Source: Podarcis vaucheri (taxonomy: Eukaryota). Taken from it: DNA of 64,000 bases. Position numbers and translations under genes: made by a program. How positions within the stretch are numbered: the first letter of the stretch is position 1; each line of letters opens with the position of its first letter. Location of the stretch: assembly GCA_965113315.1 (NCBI GenBank), contig OZ220369.1, one strand, 5' to 3'. This document shows positions 1-12,782 of the stretch, piece by piece. A model generated the notes under the pieces. It saw nothing but the letters and a program-made list of their open reading frames with translations, was not told the origin of the DNA and did no database searches.

Positions 1-1257
1 GAAATGTGAAAATAGTGAAGGAAAGGGTGTGATTTGTGGGGGGTGGGGGCAAAATAATTGCTGGTTATTTTGTTCTTTTGCCACTTCTACGCTTTTAAAC
101 ATTTTCAATCCAAAATTAGTTTTATTTTTATGTGGTTACCCTTTATTCTCACCAGTTTGGGAGTTTTGCAAGAGGTGGTGGGTGTGGGGCGTGAAAGGGC
201 AGTTTGTACATTTTAGAAATAAGCAGATCAATAAGCAAATACACTTTCTGCAGAGCCCCCATGCTTGTAGGTATTTCTTTGGCTGCTACCAACACTGCTA
301 ACTGCACTGAAGCAAAGGATGTTTTCCACACTGTCTAAGAAGCGAAGGAAGATATGATTTCACTAAGCTAGACAGAAAGGGCTAGAAGCCAAGATGTGTT
401 GCTGACTAACTTCCCCTATAGCTCTGGGGCAAGCCAGATAATGTCCCAGTTTATCACCTTTCCCACCATCAGGTTTGTACTGACTATAAGTTCATAAGAG
501 CTTTTAGTTCACATTTGCGAAGGAAGCTTCCAGTCCCCAAGCCACATGCTTGGGGCGGTCCTGTTGACATCACAGATCATCACTGATATGGGGCCTTCCA
601 TCTCTTTGTTCTTCTGACCACAATCCTGGGAAGAAAGCCTTTGTTCCTGCCATTTTACAGACAAGGAAGTGAGGCTGCGAGACAGTGTCATGCCTCAGGG
701 GGACCCAGTGAATCCGTGACTAAACTTGAGCTTGAACAATGAGTTTCCCCAAATCCTAGACAAAAATGCAAACCACTGAATTGTGTGGGCTCTGAGATTA
801 AACTGGAGGCTCAGGTCTGATTCACGAAAGGCATAAGCATGTAATGGCTGTGATATTTCTTGTTTTCCGTCTACTGTACCCAAAGTAATGTAGGTCTATC
901 TACACCATGAAGTAGTATAGCCAGTAAGTGACATTGAAACATGACCAAGGACGTCTTAGTTCAGATCCTACCTTGGCCATCATGAACTGGTGGTCTTTGG
1001 ATAAATAAGATGGACCTTTTTTTCAAGGTTGATACAGGGATTTCAGAAATGGTGTATGTGTAGATTTCTTTTGTGGGGAGAGAGATTCCTTAAAAGACGA
1101 GACTTTGCAAAACAGTATTTTAACACAAGAATTCTTTTTAGCATGCCAGTTTTAAGATAGCTACAACACATGTTACTGTGTTTATGTAGTGGTACCAAAC
1201 TATACTCTGAGTGAAGACTATAAAGGCCTTAAAGTGCATACATTTTTTCACATATAT

Positions 1258-2054
1258 CAGAGATAGGGACCTCAGGCCTGGGGGATGAATGTGGTCCTCT
1301 AGGTGCCTCTATATGGCCCTTGTCATTGTCTGTAGGCCACAACTGTCAGGGACTGGGCAGAGGAGGAATGGTGGAGACCGCCTCCCCAGCCTGACCCTTC
1401 TAGGGAGGAGGAAGAGGAAGACAGTTTAGATTTACAACAGGGGTTTGCAGGAGGTCACAGCTTAGAGGCAGATGAGGGAAAAGTGGGGAAATAATGGGAG
1501 AGGAGGAGGAAGCAACAGAGGGGCAACAGCTGATGGACACATTAGAAAGCATTCCTGATCCCGCCCCTCTCCAAGAATCCAGCGAGCCTTGAAAGCAGGA
1601 GAGCAAAGAGCTCAAAGACAGAGGGCATGTAGTAGCACCCGTAGAAGTGATGAATGAGGAAGTGGGAGAGACGGGGTGGTTGGGTGGAGCTTCACTCAGG
1701 ATAATGCCATTATCAAAGAGGCTGGGTTCTATAGCCTCTCTCTCTAATTATTGGATAAACAGGATGGTAAGAAACCTTCTCTTGTCTTTATACCTTCCTG
1801 GGAACCAGCCGGGAGCCGCTGGCAGCATCCTGACAACAACCCTTCCCCAGCCATTCCCCTTCCCAGCACTACTTCGCACCCTCCTTGAGTGTTTTTGCCT
1901 GGCTGCAATATGCCCTTGAACTCACACCACGCTTCTTGCTTGACAGAGCGGGATTAAACAAATGTTTGTTGCTCCACCCACTTTTGCTTCTGGCCCACAT
2001 GTGGCCCCTGGAAGGTTGTGTGGAAGGGGATGCTGAAAAAGGTTTCCTACCCCG
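1258..2054. mobile_element. Old non-autonomous hAT-like element, interrupted by the solo LTR (approximate limits)
   Basis: Degenerate CAGAGATAGGG... / ...TTCCTACCCCG ends. The internal sequence resembles the element at 54253-54579. Confidence 0.5.
1344..1835. mobile_element. Solo LTR (Ty3/Gypsy-like), 492 bp
   Basis: Ends TGTCAGG...CCTGACA (terminal inverted repeat, TG..CA) with a perfect 5-bp TSD ACAAC (1339-1343 / 1836-1840). It interrupts an older hAT-like MITE. Confidence 0.85.
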
Positions 2055-2317
2055 ATATACATATGCTATATGGGCAATGTTCTCCTTGGATTGAGAGACA
2101 CGTCTGCTAGAAGGGTGAAATAACATTTAGTTATTGACCTGCAGTTAGTGATAGAATCATTGGAGGAGCTGCAGGGAACATGTTTTGCATGCAGAATGTC
2201 AAGGGTTCCGCCCTGCATCTCCAGGCAGGGTCAGGAAAGACCTTCGGCTGAAACTCTGGAGAGCTGCTTGCTGATCAGTGTAGATACTGAGTGAGAGTTA
2301 GATGAACCAGGGTCAAA

Positions 2318-2512
2318 TCCACACTATACACTTATACTACTTAACAGCCATGGCTTCCCACAAAGAATCCAGTGAACTACAGTTTGTTAAGGGTGCTGAG
2401 AGTTCTTAGGAGACCCCCTAGAGCTGCAGTTTCCAGAGTGGTTTACAATCGATCCCTCGTCCCAGAGAACTCTGGGAATTGTAGCCCTGTGAGGGGAACA
2501 GGGGTCTCCTAA
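2318..2512. mobile_element. Palindromic MITE fragment (PIF/Harbinger-like family, many copies in the window)
   Basis: Motifs CATGGCTTCCC..AAAGAATCC..AACTACAGTTTGTTAAGGGTGCTG and GGGGTCTCCTAA recur at about 27730-27899, 33880-34040, 35350-35695, 41640-42298 and 55799-55992. The superfamily assignment is an inference. Confidence 0.6.
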
Positions 2513-2539
2513 GAAGTGTGATGTGTGAACAAGCCTTCC

Positions 2540-2785
2540 AGAATGGCAGATCTGGAAGGTCGAAGCCCCTGGAATGCAGGAATCAGGGCTAAAGAATCCC
2601 TGACAGATGGCCACCCAACTTCTGCCTTTAAAAAAACCCCAAGGCAGGAGATTCCACCACCTTCTGAGGTAGCCTGTCCAATGTCAAATGGCTCTTACAG
2701 TCAAAGAGTTCTTTATAATGCTGAGGCAGAATCTCCCTTCTTGTAATCTGAAGCCATTGGTTTGGGTCCTACCCTCTGGGACAGC
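2540..2785 (-). mobile_element. CR1 LINE 3' fragment
   Basis: Reverse complement matches the CR1 ORF2 end/3' UTR. Similar to 24348-24562. Confidence 0.65.
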
Positions 2786-4017
2786 CCATTTTGACAATGG
2801 GCATCCAAAGACTTATAATGCAACACTGGATTCTGGCTGTGTGCACCAAATTTTATGTCAGTATCTCAAAGCTAAATGGAGTTATCACACTTACGAGACA
2901 GGCAACGGAATGTCAAATGGGCGAGTTCATCCCAAAGACCCAACCCTGCCCTGAGTCATGGTTGTAGTAGGAGAAATTAATATATAAGTGCATTAGGTGG
3001 ATAATAATAATATGTGTCATTCTGTTATCCAGGGGAATTTTATTACCTTTATTAATGTTCTGTGTTAGAACATTCAAGCTGTAACAGGGCTACCTTTAAT
3101 TACAAACAACTCTTTAGCTGTCGTATATTAACCACACTAGTTTTTAAAGGGTGGGGTGTAATTTATTAAGCAGTATTTAACTGGGTATACAAGCTGGCTT
3201 TGGGTTAGGGTGGAGTCATAATGAGGAGCTTTGTGAAGACTCTTGATGCCTGGGGTGATAAAGGTGAAATACATCTGAGGAGCTTTCTAGGGTTGGTCTT
3301 TGGATGGGAAAAAGGACTCAACATTCCAGACTGACCTGCTTAGGACCCCATACTAAGGATGGCAAATATGATGAGTTCGGGAGACAGCCACAGGCAGAGG
3401 AAGGGGAATATGGCGGACAAGTTGGTTGTCCACTATGGGAAACCAGATGCTAGATGAAACAACTCTTTGGTTTGATAAATCAAGCCTCTTATTATGCTAA
3501 GTGTGTCTAGATTTCTGGAGGAAGCAAAAGAGAGATCTTAGGATAAACCAGATTTAGTGGTAAATGGAATGACTGAGATCTGCTGATAGAAGGAATTGCT
3601 TGATATTGTACCAAGCACATGCAGTAACCAGCAGTTGTGTTCCTTGTTGCAGACCTTTGCATGTTGACATTCATTCTTGATTGGTCCCAAACCTGTTTAG
3701 CATGGCTCGCTTTGCTCTTCTCCTTTAGGTGAATTGTGCTAGTTGTAGGCATGCAAGTAGGTGTAGGAGGAGAGTGGGGATTGGCTTCTGATGTCACAAA
3801 GGAACTGGCAGCTTCCAAAAACAAGGGAAAACATTGCAACATGGTTCCTTTCGGGTAAAGGCTATGTAGGATTCTCTCCAGTAAAAGATGAAGGGTCCCC
3901 CAAACATGGTGCATTGCTTTCTTGTTTCTCTTAGCTTTCGGATAAGGCACTTCTGCCCATGCTGGCAAAGCAGCACAGGAGTGAAGGCCAATGGACAGAA
4001 ATGCAAATGAATGGGTA

Positions 4018-4245
4018 GACAACCAGTGCAGTGTGGTGGTTAGTGTGCTGGGCTAGGATGTTGGGAGACCAGGGTTCAAATGCCTATTCAGCCAGGAAGA
4101 TCACTGGGTGGCCTTGGGGCCCATCACTCTTTTTCCTCAGCCCAACCTGCCTCACAGGGTTGTTGTTGTTGTGAGGATAGAATTGGGTGAGGGAGAACTA
4201 TGCATGCCACGTTGAGCTCCATGAAGAAAAGGTAAGATATAAGTA
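4018..4245 (+). mobile_element. tRNA-derived MIR/CORE-like SINE (Squam3-type)
   Basis: A box (GTGGTGGTTAG), B box (GGTTCAAATGC) and body CAACCTGCCTCACAGGGTTGTTG. Related copies at about 10503-10660 (+), 13545-13715 (-) and 24601-24796 (-). Confidence 0.7.
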
Positions 4246-4264
4246 AGGTTATAAGTAAGTAAGT

Positions 4265-4640
4265 AATTTTATTATTTATACCTCGCCCATCTGGCTGGGT
4301 TTCCCCAGCCACTCTAGTTCACTTACAACATATCCAAAAACATAATAAAAGCATCAATCCTTAAAAACTTCCCTAAACAGGGCTGCCTTCAGATGTCTTC
4401 TAAAAGTCAGATAGTTGTTTATTTCATTGACATCTGAAGGGAGGGTGTTCCACAGGGAGGGCACCACTGCTGAGAAGGCCCTCTGCAACCTCACTTCTCA
4501 CAGTGAGGGAACCACTAGAAGAGCTTTGGAGGAGGACCTCAGTGTCTGGGCTGAGAGATGGGGGTGGAGGTGATCCTGGGCCGAGGCCATTTAGGGCTTT
4601 AAAGGTTAGCACCAATGCTTTGAATTGTGCTTGGAAATGT
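4265..4640 (-). mobile_element. L2 LINE 3' fragment
   Basis: Minus strand encodes VLTFKALNGLGPG, typical of the L2 ORF2 C-terminus, followed by 3' UTR and an AT-rich tail. Close match to 41675-42005. Confidence 0.8.
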
Positions 4641-5309
4641 AGGCAGTGTTATAGAACACTCTGCCCAAAGTTATGCTCTGTCTATTAAAATTTGAAGTAC
4701 CCATTATAAATGAGATAGACTATGTTTTTAGAGTTCTCTGACAGGTCAAAACGATTCAATGGATGGTGGCAATGCAGTGGAACCAGTCTCACTCTCTTTC
4801 TTCAGAGTTCATTGGTGGTTTCTGCTGCCCATCAGGTAAAGGCCAAAGGGCATCACCAGGGGCAATGAAGGCTTAAAAACATTGGAGTAATTTTGGCCCA
4901 AGAAGGGCACCGTGTTATTTCTATTCCTCATATCAGCCTTGAATGTGATTTTGGTTTTGGTTTTAGTTTACTGTGAGAATCTTTTATAAGCCACTCTGAG
5001 AGCATTTCAGGGTTATTAAGCATGCTAGAAATATTCTAGAGACATAGAAAGCAACCAGGGTCTGAGGCAGTATGGCACCACATTCCAGTGGGGGGAGGGC
5101 AACAGTAAATTCACCACCATTTTCACTCTGAATTAGGTGACATGTGAATATGGGATTTGCTGCTGCTGGACATTCAGATAATTCCCAAATCCACTTGTCT
5201 TTGCTTTCTTTTTTTTAAAAGAACAGCCATTAACCATCAGTGGGTAACCTCCAGACCATGAGTCAAGGCAACCTGATCTACAAATGTTGTCCAGTTCCCC
5301 CACCCATAG

Positions 5310-5475
5310 NNNNNNNNNNNNNNNNNNNNNNNNNNNNNNNNNNNNNNNNNNNNNNNNNNNNNNNNNNNNNNNNNNNNNNNNNNNNNNNNNNNNNNNNNNN
5401 NNNNNNNNNNNNNNNNNNNNNNNNNNNNNNNNNNNNNNNNNNNNNNNNNNNNNNNNNNNNNNNNNNNNNNNNNNN
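5310..5475. other. Assembly gap (166 N)
   Basis: Run of N characters. Confidence 1.
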
Positions 5476-6764
5476 TGTCTGGGCAACGTTCTTCCTTGCG
5501 GACTAGAGCTCCCATCAAACTCCAGATGAACCTCGAGGAACCTGATTCACAGCTTGCTGCTTGGGATGGAACAGCTGGGTTCAGTTCCCTGAAATTCAGA
5601 GGCTCCCCAAGCCTTCGGGGTTCAATGTTCTTCCCACCTGGCACCTTTTCCCATGTCAAAACAAGGAAGGCATTGCCTGGCTTGATTTCGACATGTTTTG
5701 ATGTTGTCGGGTTTTGTATTGTATTTTTGTTTCCAGTGCCAAGAAACACGAGTTGTGGCATTATGAAACCGCTAAGAAGCATTTGCTCATACAAATTACT
5801 CATTTTAGGAGCTTGCTAATTAAATGGAAACATGTAGCAGCTTTGGAGCCCGAGATATATATTTTCCTGCTGCTGCTGTGCTCTGACATGAAGATCTACA
5901 TGCTCCTGCTCCTACACTCCTAACATGTCTCTCCAACGTGTTTGGGATACATTTTTTTAAAAAGAAAATAAAAGAAAAACACATTGCACTAGCAAGTAGA
6001 TCTTTTTCTGGCTTTCAAAGGGAGCACAGCAAAGGTGTGGCCAGCCAAGTACAGGGTGTGTGGCATAAATCTGCTTAGTCAATTTGTTGAGAATGCAAAC
6101 GGATAATAAGCACTTTACCACTCTGATGCTTCTACATAATTCCAACACAGCACCTGAGAAGCGATAAACATTTGTGATGTTACACCTGGCCACACCTGAG
6201 AATCTGCAGGTTGGAGAAGTAAACACAGAAGCTGAGTGGCAAATGAGTATTTTTAAATGAAAGAAGTTGGAACATGCCAAGAGTTTTTCAAAACAACTAT
6301 ATGATACCACTTGCTGTTTTCGTTTCTGTTTTTTTAAAAAGCTCGATTCATTCTTTTTTGTTCTTTTTTTTAAAAAAACTTTATTTCTCAGCTTCTGAAA
6401 ATACTCATAACAAGCAATCCCTGTATACCTCTCCCCAGGAAACATGCCATGCATGTATAAATGATACAATCAAACATTAAGCAGGTTTGTGCAACAGTTT
6501 AGAGTTGACTATAGCAGTTAAGTGTATTCCAGTGGGTTGTTGTTGTTTTTATTTTGATTAAGCATTTTGTGGTTTTGTATTTTGATTTTGTTCTGTGAAC
6601 AGCTCTGAGACCTGGAGGTATATAAATTCAATTAATAATAATAATCTTTGGTGATCACTCATAGCTGAGAAAGATTGTCTTCCATAAACACGGTTTTAAC
6701 AAGGAGTCCCTAAGTGACTGTGGAGGCCATTCTGGATCCACACGTCCTTCCAAAGTGGGGAAAG

Positions 6765-6765
<1 letters not shown>

Positions 6766-6799
<34 letters not shown>

Positions 6800-6815
6800 A
6801 TAAATAAATAAATAA
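6766..6815. repeat. (AAC)n microsatellite followed by (AAAT)n
   Basis: Read directly from the sequence. Confidence 0.95.
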
Positions 6816-8355
6816 TACTCTCCATCTTAACAGAGTGAACTGTGGGAAACTGGTGGAGAGGGGACAACATTGTCCTTTCCAGTGTATTGAATAAACATGG
6901 ACCACACAATTTCAAAATCGCCTTTGGTCTTCGTGTTCCTGTGCTTTAAGATGCTTTCTTAGTTTCTCCATAGTAAGAGCTATGTTCCATAGGCTATCCT
7001 ACTATGCCTCTAGCGTTAGTAACTGTTTCCCAATATCATGCTAATATATTTCTAGCTGCTGTTTTTAAGGATGGTTTTCTCACTGTACCACCACCACCAT
7101 TATTAAAGAACTTTTGCCCACCTGGAGATTCAAGACCTTCACCTGGCACCTGGAGGGGGACAGGAAAACCTGGAGACTTCAGATCAGACTTGGAAGTTGC
7201 TACCCTGCCCATTGCTTGCCTAGTTGAAGTCCGGTTTAAGATAAAGCATCATAAGAATGCAGATCTGGGGTCTGAAGTAGTCCATCCACACTGAGCACTA
7301 GGACAGCAGACCAAGCCTGCACGGATCACCTGGTCACAGTCTTCCCCAAAATGGTAGCAGGCTTTGCCTTTCTGTTCAAATCAGAGTGAATTTGCATCCA
7401 TACCTATAAATTAGCACATGCAGATTTTGTGCAAATTGGCACCCTTTTTCATTTTCTTCCTTCCCCTCACTGTTTTTGATGATTCAGAAGTGGTCATCCT
7501 ACTAGTCAGGCCAGTGCTGTGTGACTCAAAATAAATACCGCTTTGATATTTCTGTTAGGTACACACATTGCAATATGACTGAATTATAGACAGTTATCTG
7601 CCGCAGAATGCAAAGCCCAGAGGCTTTGTGTCAGATTTAGAGGTTCAGAATGGTTGAAAAAAATATTTTGAAGAGTCTTAGCATTAATTAGCCTTTCCCT
7701 CAAACATGATACACACAACTAATAGTAGGAATAAGGGCGCAAGGAGAGTGAGAGTGAGAGAGATTAAGGTTTCTAGCAGACTCCAAATCACAGCTAGATC
7801 TTTGTTGTTTTTGTTGCAACATTCATTCCTTTAGCCATCCATGGGTGTTTGGGATGCAGCTGTTTTGGCCTCTCTCTGCTAATAAGGGGATAACTTTTTG
7901 AGGTTATGCAGTAAGGTGCTAATTGACATTAACGCTGGAGCCAGGAAATGCTGACACAATTTGAAATTAACACCCTGTCAATACACAGCTGACCTGTGTT
8001 ACGCCAGTGCTTTGTCAAACTCTTTGGAATTAGATTTTCAATGCTGGAAGCAGAGGTCTCTTGCTGCAGTGAAGACTTGGATTGAACAGTTTGGGTTAGA
8101 AAACAGAGTTCGCGTTATTAAGAATTGTGGGTATGGCTCTATTTTATTTTAAAAATAAGGCACTCTTGCCCACTTGGAGATTGAAGCTCCCTGGAGGGAG
8201 CCAAGCAAACACAGAGACTTCAGGTCAGCCCTGGAGGTCTGGCAGCCCTACTGGAGGAGAAGGAGTGATCTAAAGTGGCACAGCAAGATGTAAAGTGGAA
8301 GGACATCTTTGAGGACAATGGGTGTTTGAAAGTCTGAAGTTTCAGTAATGCACAC

Positions 8356-8619
8356 TGTTAAGTTGTGGGTGAACGTATCAGACGACATAGCGATTCTTCA
8401 AACAGCTCTTGTTTATTCACAGGCCAGAACAGAACTGAACTGAAGGGTTCAGCCAGCCTGCTTATATAGAGCTCCAGTACAATGCAACTGTAACATCTTT
8501 CTGTAACTATCCAATCACTGAACGTCACTTTCAATCCCTTATTTGCATATGTGGACCTGAGTGAAAACTATCTACAGTATCCCCCTGCTGGCCCAGGGTT
8601 AGAACTTCAGTACATAACA
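8356..8619 (-). mobile_element. Solo LTR (Ty3/Gypsy-like), 264 bp
   Basis: TGTTA...TAACA inverted termini; 5-bp TSD CACAC/GACAC (1 mismatch). On the minus strand, a TATATAA box (about 8462-8468) precedes AATAAA (8412-8417). Its start TGTTATGTACTGA shares ATGTACTGA with the Gypsy LTR near 62215. Confidence 0.85.
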
Positions 8620-8733
8620 GACACAGTTTGACACATTACAGTCTGCAGTACATTTTAAATGAAGGTATAATAAAGGGAGGAAAGGGGGAGGCACAAGGAA
8701 CGGGATGGAATTCTCATATGTTTTGGTTTAGAC

Positions 8734-9569
8734 CAGTGTTTCCCAACCTTTTTTGGGCAAAGGCACACTTGTTTCATGAAAAAAATCTCGAGGCACACCA
8801 CCATGCCAGATGGGGAAAGGTCACTTTTTACTTATGTAAAAAAAAATAAAAAAATAGTAACAGCATAGAAGGTAATGGTTAGGCTAGCATCCCTCTTCCA
8901 AATATGCTAGGTTTTTATTTGCAGGGACTGTTCTACATGGGAAAGCATTCAGCACTGTCATTCTCCCATCTGCCATCTGAATTGGTACTATTCTGGGTCA
9001 ACTTACTCTGCTGCATGTGTAGATGAAAATGGCACCAAGTGTGGGGGAGGGGGCAGAACAGGTTTCAGATACAGGATATTAAGCATACACGTACTTCAGA
9101 TTGAACTGGTTGCTTGCTTTGCAAGTTTTCATTTCCCAAATGACTGCCTTGGCAAGCGCAATACCTACCAGGCTCAACGCCGGTCTCGCGCTGCCGCTTC
9201 CCGCGCTCTCAAGGACCCGGGAGGAGGAAGGCGTGAAGGGAATCTTGAAGGCGCAAAAACCTCACGCATGCGCAGGCCTTCCGCCTGCGACAGCCCAGTA
9301 AGCCGGCCGAAGCGAGCGGCGATGGGATGTGGGAGGGAGCTCGCTCGCCGCCCCGCGTGTGCCTATGTGGGGCACATTACAGCCCCGTGACGTCAGCGCC
9401 ACGCAGGCAGCCAGGCAGGCAGACGGCGAGAGCCCCGCGCTGGGCGGCCTCTCCTCGCCGCCGCCGCCCCGCCTCTCGTCGCCCGACTCGCCCGCCTCCC
9501 TCCCACGGCACACCAGGCAATGTCTCGTGGCACACTAGTGTGCCGCAGAACACTGGTTGGGAAACACTG
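8734..9569. mobile_element. Non-autonomous hAT (Charlie/Buster-type) element, 836 bp, with a CpG-rich interior
   Basis: Perfect 15-bp TIR CAGTGTTTCCCAACC / GGTTGGGAAACACTG; perfect 8-bp TSD GTTTAGAC (8726-8733 / 9570-9577); no transposase ORF. Confidence 0.93.
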
Positions 9570-9814
9570 GTTTAGACCCAGTGTCAATACATATACTAGC
9601 ATGAGTTTGGGGAGTCAGTCTGAATGAAACCCTGGGTCCTCTTCCAAACCTGGGATTCTGTATCTGTAAGGGGAAAGTGGCCAGAGCAGTTCCTTTGTTA
9701 AGGGAATGACTTTGGCTGCCTAGTTACATACCACAATATAGCACATCCAAAGAAGTTGCTCTGTGCCAGGTGGGCCTTCCCTCCACCTTCCTCACCTGTC
9801 AGATATTTATGTTT

Positions 9815-10160
9815 TTACTTTATTTTATTTATTGAATTTCTACTCCAGCCTTCATCCGAGTATCAGAGGGCAGGTTACAATATAAAAACATAGTAACAAA
9901 CAAAAATAATACCCCCTCCCAATTTACAAAGCCATAGATTGATTAACTGGCCAAAGGCCTAGCAGAAGAGGAAGCCCAGTGCCTAAAGATTTGTAATGAA
10001 GGTGTCAGGCAAGCCTCCCTGGGGAGAGCATTCCACAAGTGGGGAACCACAGCAGAAGAAGCTACCCTCTGGACCTCTCATGGAGGAGGCACACAAAAAA
10101 GAGCCTCAGATGGTGGTTGCAGGTCCCAATTGGTTCATGTGGGGAGAGGCAGTCATTGAG
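9815..10160 (-). mobile_element. Decayed L2 3' fragment
   Basis: Motifs GGGAGAGCATTCCACAAGTGGGGAACCAC and an AT-rich tail, shared with about 53900-54160. Confidence 0.6.
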
Positions 10161-10757
10161 GTATGTAGGAGAAAAATAGCCAGAGTTGTGTGTGAGTGAG
10201 CTGGGAGCTGGAGACAAAAGACAGGTTTGCCCTGTGTTGGACTTTGGGGCTCCCTTGGAAACCTCAATGGGAAGCAAAATCTATGGGGGTGTTAATGCTA
10301 TGATACCCTTCAAGATGTTCTCTGGTTGCATATAAATAAAACCATATAGCTTAAAGACACTACAGTCTCTGCTGATCTTCTTTCCAAGAAAACCTTCCAA
10401 GAAAACTGAATCTCTGTACGTGCCTGCAACACCTGGATTCTTTCACTGCTCAGAGATTGAGGAGGTGTTTGACAATATATAGGGCAGGGATGGGTAACCT
10501 GTGGAGAACCAGTGTGATATGATGGTTAGAGTGTTGGACTATAACCTAAGGTTATAGTCTAAGCCTGGGCCAGTCACAGTCTTTCAGCCACAGAGAATAA
10601 AGTGGGAAGGGAAGAACCATGTATGTCACCTTGATCTCCTTGGAGGAAAAGGTGGCATATTAAGCAAGCAAGCAAGTAAATAATGAATGAATGATGTTGG
10701 ATTCCAACTTCCAGCAGCTGCAGTAAAGATTCTTCATGCAGCCAATAGATAAACCCA

Positions 10758-11190
10758 CTGGAGGCAGTGATAGCCACCAAGTTGGATGGCTTAAAAAGAG
10801 GATTTAGACCAGGCATAGGCAAACTCGGCCCTCCAGATGTTTTGAGACTACAATTCCCATCATCCCTGACCACTGGTCCTGTTAGCTAGGGGTGATGGGA
10901 GTTGTAGTCCCAAAACATCTGGAGGGCCGAGTTTGCCTATGCCTGATTTAGACAGATTAATGAAGGAGAGGGCTATTGATGGCGAGTAGTCATGATGGCT
11001 ATGCTCTGCCTCCACATTTGGAGGCATTAATGCTTCTGGATGCCAGTTGCTGGAAACCACAGGAGGGAAGAGTGCCCTTGTGCTTGAACTTGCTTGTGTG
11101 TTACCCATAGGCATCTGTTTGGCCCCTGTGAGAACAGGATGCTGGAATAGATGGGCCATTGGCCATTGGCAGGCTCCTCTGATGTCCTTA
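10758..11190 (+). mobile_element. CR1 3' end interrupted by a MITE
   Basis: GGAGGCAGTGATAGCCACCAAGTTGGATGGC...GGATGCTGGAATAGATGGGCCATTGGCC, the same family as 26250-26912, 27165-27478 and 43330-44166. Confidence 0.75.
10810..10945. mobile_element. Hairpin hAT MITE (URR1-like), 136 bp
   Basis: Long near-perfect TIR CAGGCATAGGCAAACTCGGCCCTCCAGATGTTTTG; perfect 8-bp TSD ATTTAGAC (10802-10809 / 10946-10953). Confidence 0.93.
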
Positions 11191-11831
11191 TGGCCAATGG
11201 TCAAGGGTGATGTAGTCTGGCAACATCCCCGTCCCCATCATAGGACAAGGCTGCTCCTAGAGGCAGCCAAGTCTGTCCATAGGTGTGATTAAAAAGCACA
11301 AACTCCAAAAGGGTGTGAAATTGTACTAAGTGAGTGGGAAGTTCTGCAGAGTTATTCTCCACTTCCCATCGTCATAATGTCTTCAGTTAAAAGAAAAAAG
11401 AAAAAGGAAAGGAAAGAAAGAGGAGCGGGGGGAGGAAGAACCCTTTGAATGATCTTACTCTATTATACCATGTTACGGAGTTAATAGCTGGCCTTGTGGG
11501 ACCGCTGTTCTGAGCCAAAGGAGCAGGATAATGAAAATTGTAAATTAAAAATAAATTTCAGCTTTTGGCCTTTTCCATTGAAACCTATTAGCAGAGTGGA
11601 AGACTTGGAGCAAAAATAATCAGTGGTAAATGAGGCCTGGGCTCAACTCTGCGGGTTTTTCTTTTTCTTCTCCTGAGCCTTCTGCTCAGGAGAAGAAATT
11701 TGATATTAAGAGACTTTCTGTTTCTGAAATAGAATAATGGACAAGATCCTTGGGAAAGTAGGAAGATGAAAAGCAAAGCAATGGCCGTGACTACATAAAT
11801 TTGGTGTGCTCTAGCAGCTAAGAAGAATGGC

Positions 11832-11952
11832 AGGGCTGTAACTCAGTGGCAAGGCATCTGCTCTGCATGCAGAAGGTCTCAGGTTCAATCCTTGGAATCT
11901 CCAGGAAGAGCTGAGAGAGAGTCCCTGCCTGAAATCTTGGAGAGCTGCTGCC
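11832..11952 (+). mobile_element. tRNA-derived SINE (Squam2/Anolis SINE2-like), 5' part
   Basis: TAACTCAGTGG (A box) ... GGTTCAATCC (B box). Fuller copies at 32770-32945, 35071-35262 and 57677-57877. Confidence 0.7.
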
Positions 11953-12430
11953 CATAGGGGCTTCATTCACACTAGACATTTAAAGCAGTATCATACTTGA
12001 AACAGTCATGACTTCTAAATTGTCTGGTCGTGATTGTGAAGGACCACTAATTGGGCTAGCAACCTTCTCATCTTTTGATTTCTGGATATTATACAGTCAC
12101 TTGTAGCTGCAGTTTCAAGTTCTGGTCCTATCTGCACTCTACTTTTAAAGCAGTATCATACTTCCCCCAAAGCATCTAGGGAGCTGTAGTTTGTAAAGGA
12201 TGCGGAGAGGTAAGACACTGTCAGTGTTGCAATGCTAGGACCATCTTTCCCTGTCGGGTAATTTATTTGGAGCTTCCTGTGGAGACCAGGATGGGGTGAT
12301 GGGGAGTGTGTACATGTGTGAATCGAATCAAGGTGAGCAGCCCACATGAGATGAATTGGAGTGTTCACCTCTGCAAGCAGCCCTGCTTAACTTTTGGTGA
12401 TGCCCCAAACAGCTGGTTATACCATGTATA

Positions 12431-12782
12431 AAGGTAAAGGTAAAGGGACCCCTGACCATTAGGTCCAGTCATGGCCGACTCTGGGGTTGCAGCGCTCATC
12501 TCGCTGTATTGGCCGAGGGAGCCGGCGTACAGCTTCCAGGTCATGTGGCCAGCATGACTGAGCTGCTTCTGGCGGGAGCAGTGCACGGAAACGCCGTTTA
12601 CCTTCCTGCTGGAGCGGTACCTATTTATCTACTTGCACTTTGATGTGCTTTCGAACTGCTTGGATGGCAGGAGCAGGGACCGACCAATGGGAGCTCACCC
12701 CATCATGGGGATTCGAACTGCCAACCTTCTGATTGGCAAGTCCTAGGCTCTGTGGTTTAACCCACAACACCACCCACGTCCC
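12431..12782 (-). mobile_element. Sauria SINE, full length
   Basis: Minus strand starts GGGACGTGGGTGG, has B box GTTCGAATCC and ends in an (ACCTTT)n tail. 13-bp TSD TATACCATGTATA / TATATCGTGTATA (2 mismatches). Confidence 0.93.

Noticed and set aside
9170-9510. Native CpG-island promoter of a local gene
   Set aside because: It lies inside a TIR- and TSD-bounded insertion, so it was imported rather than native.
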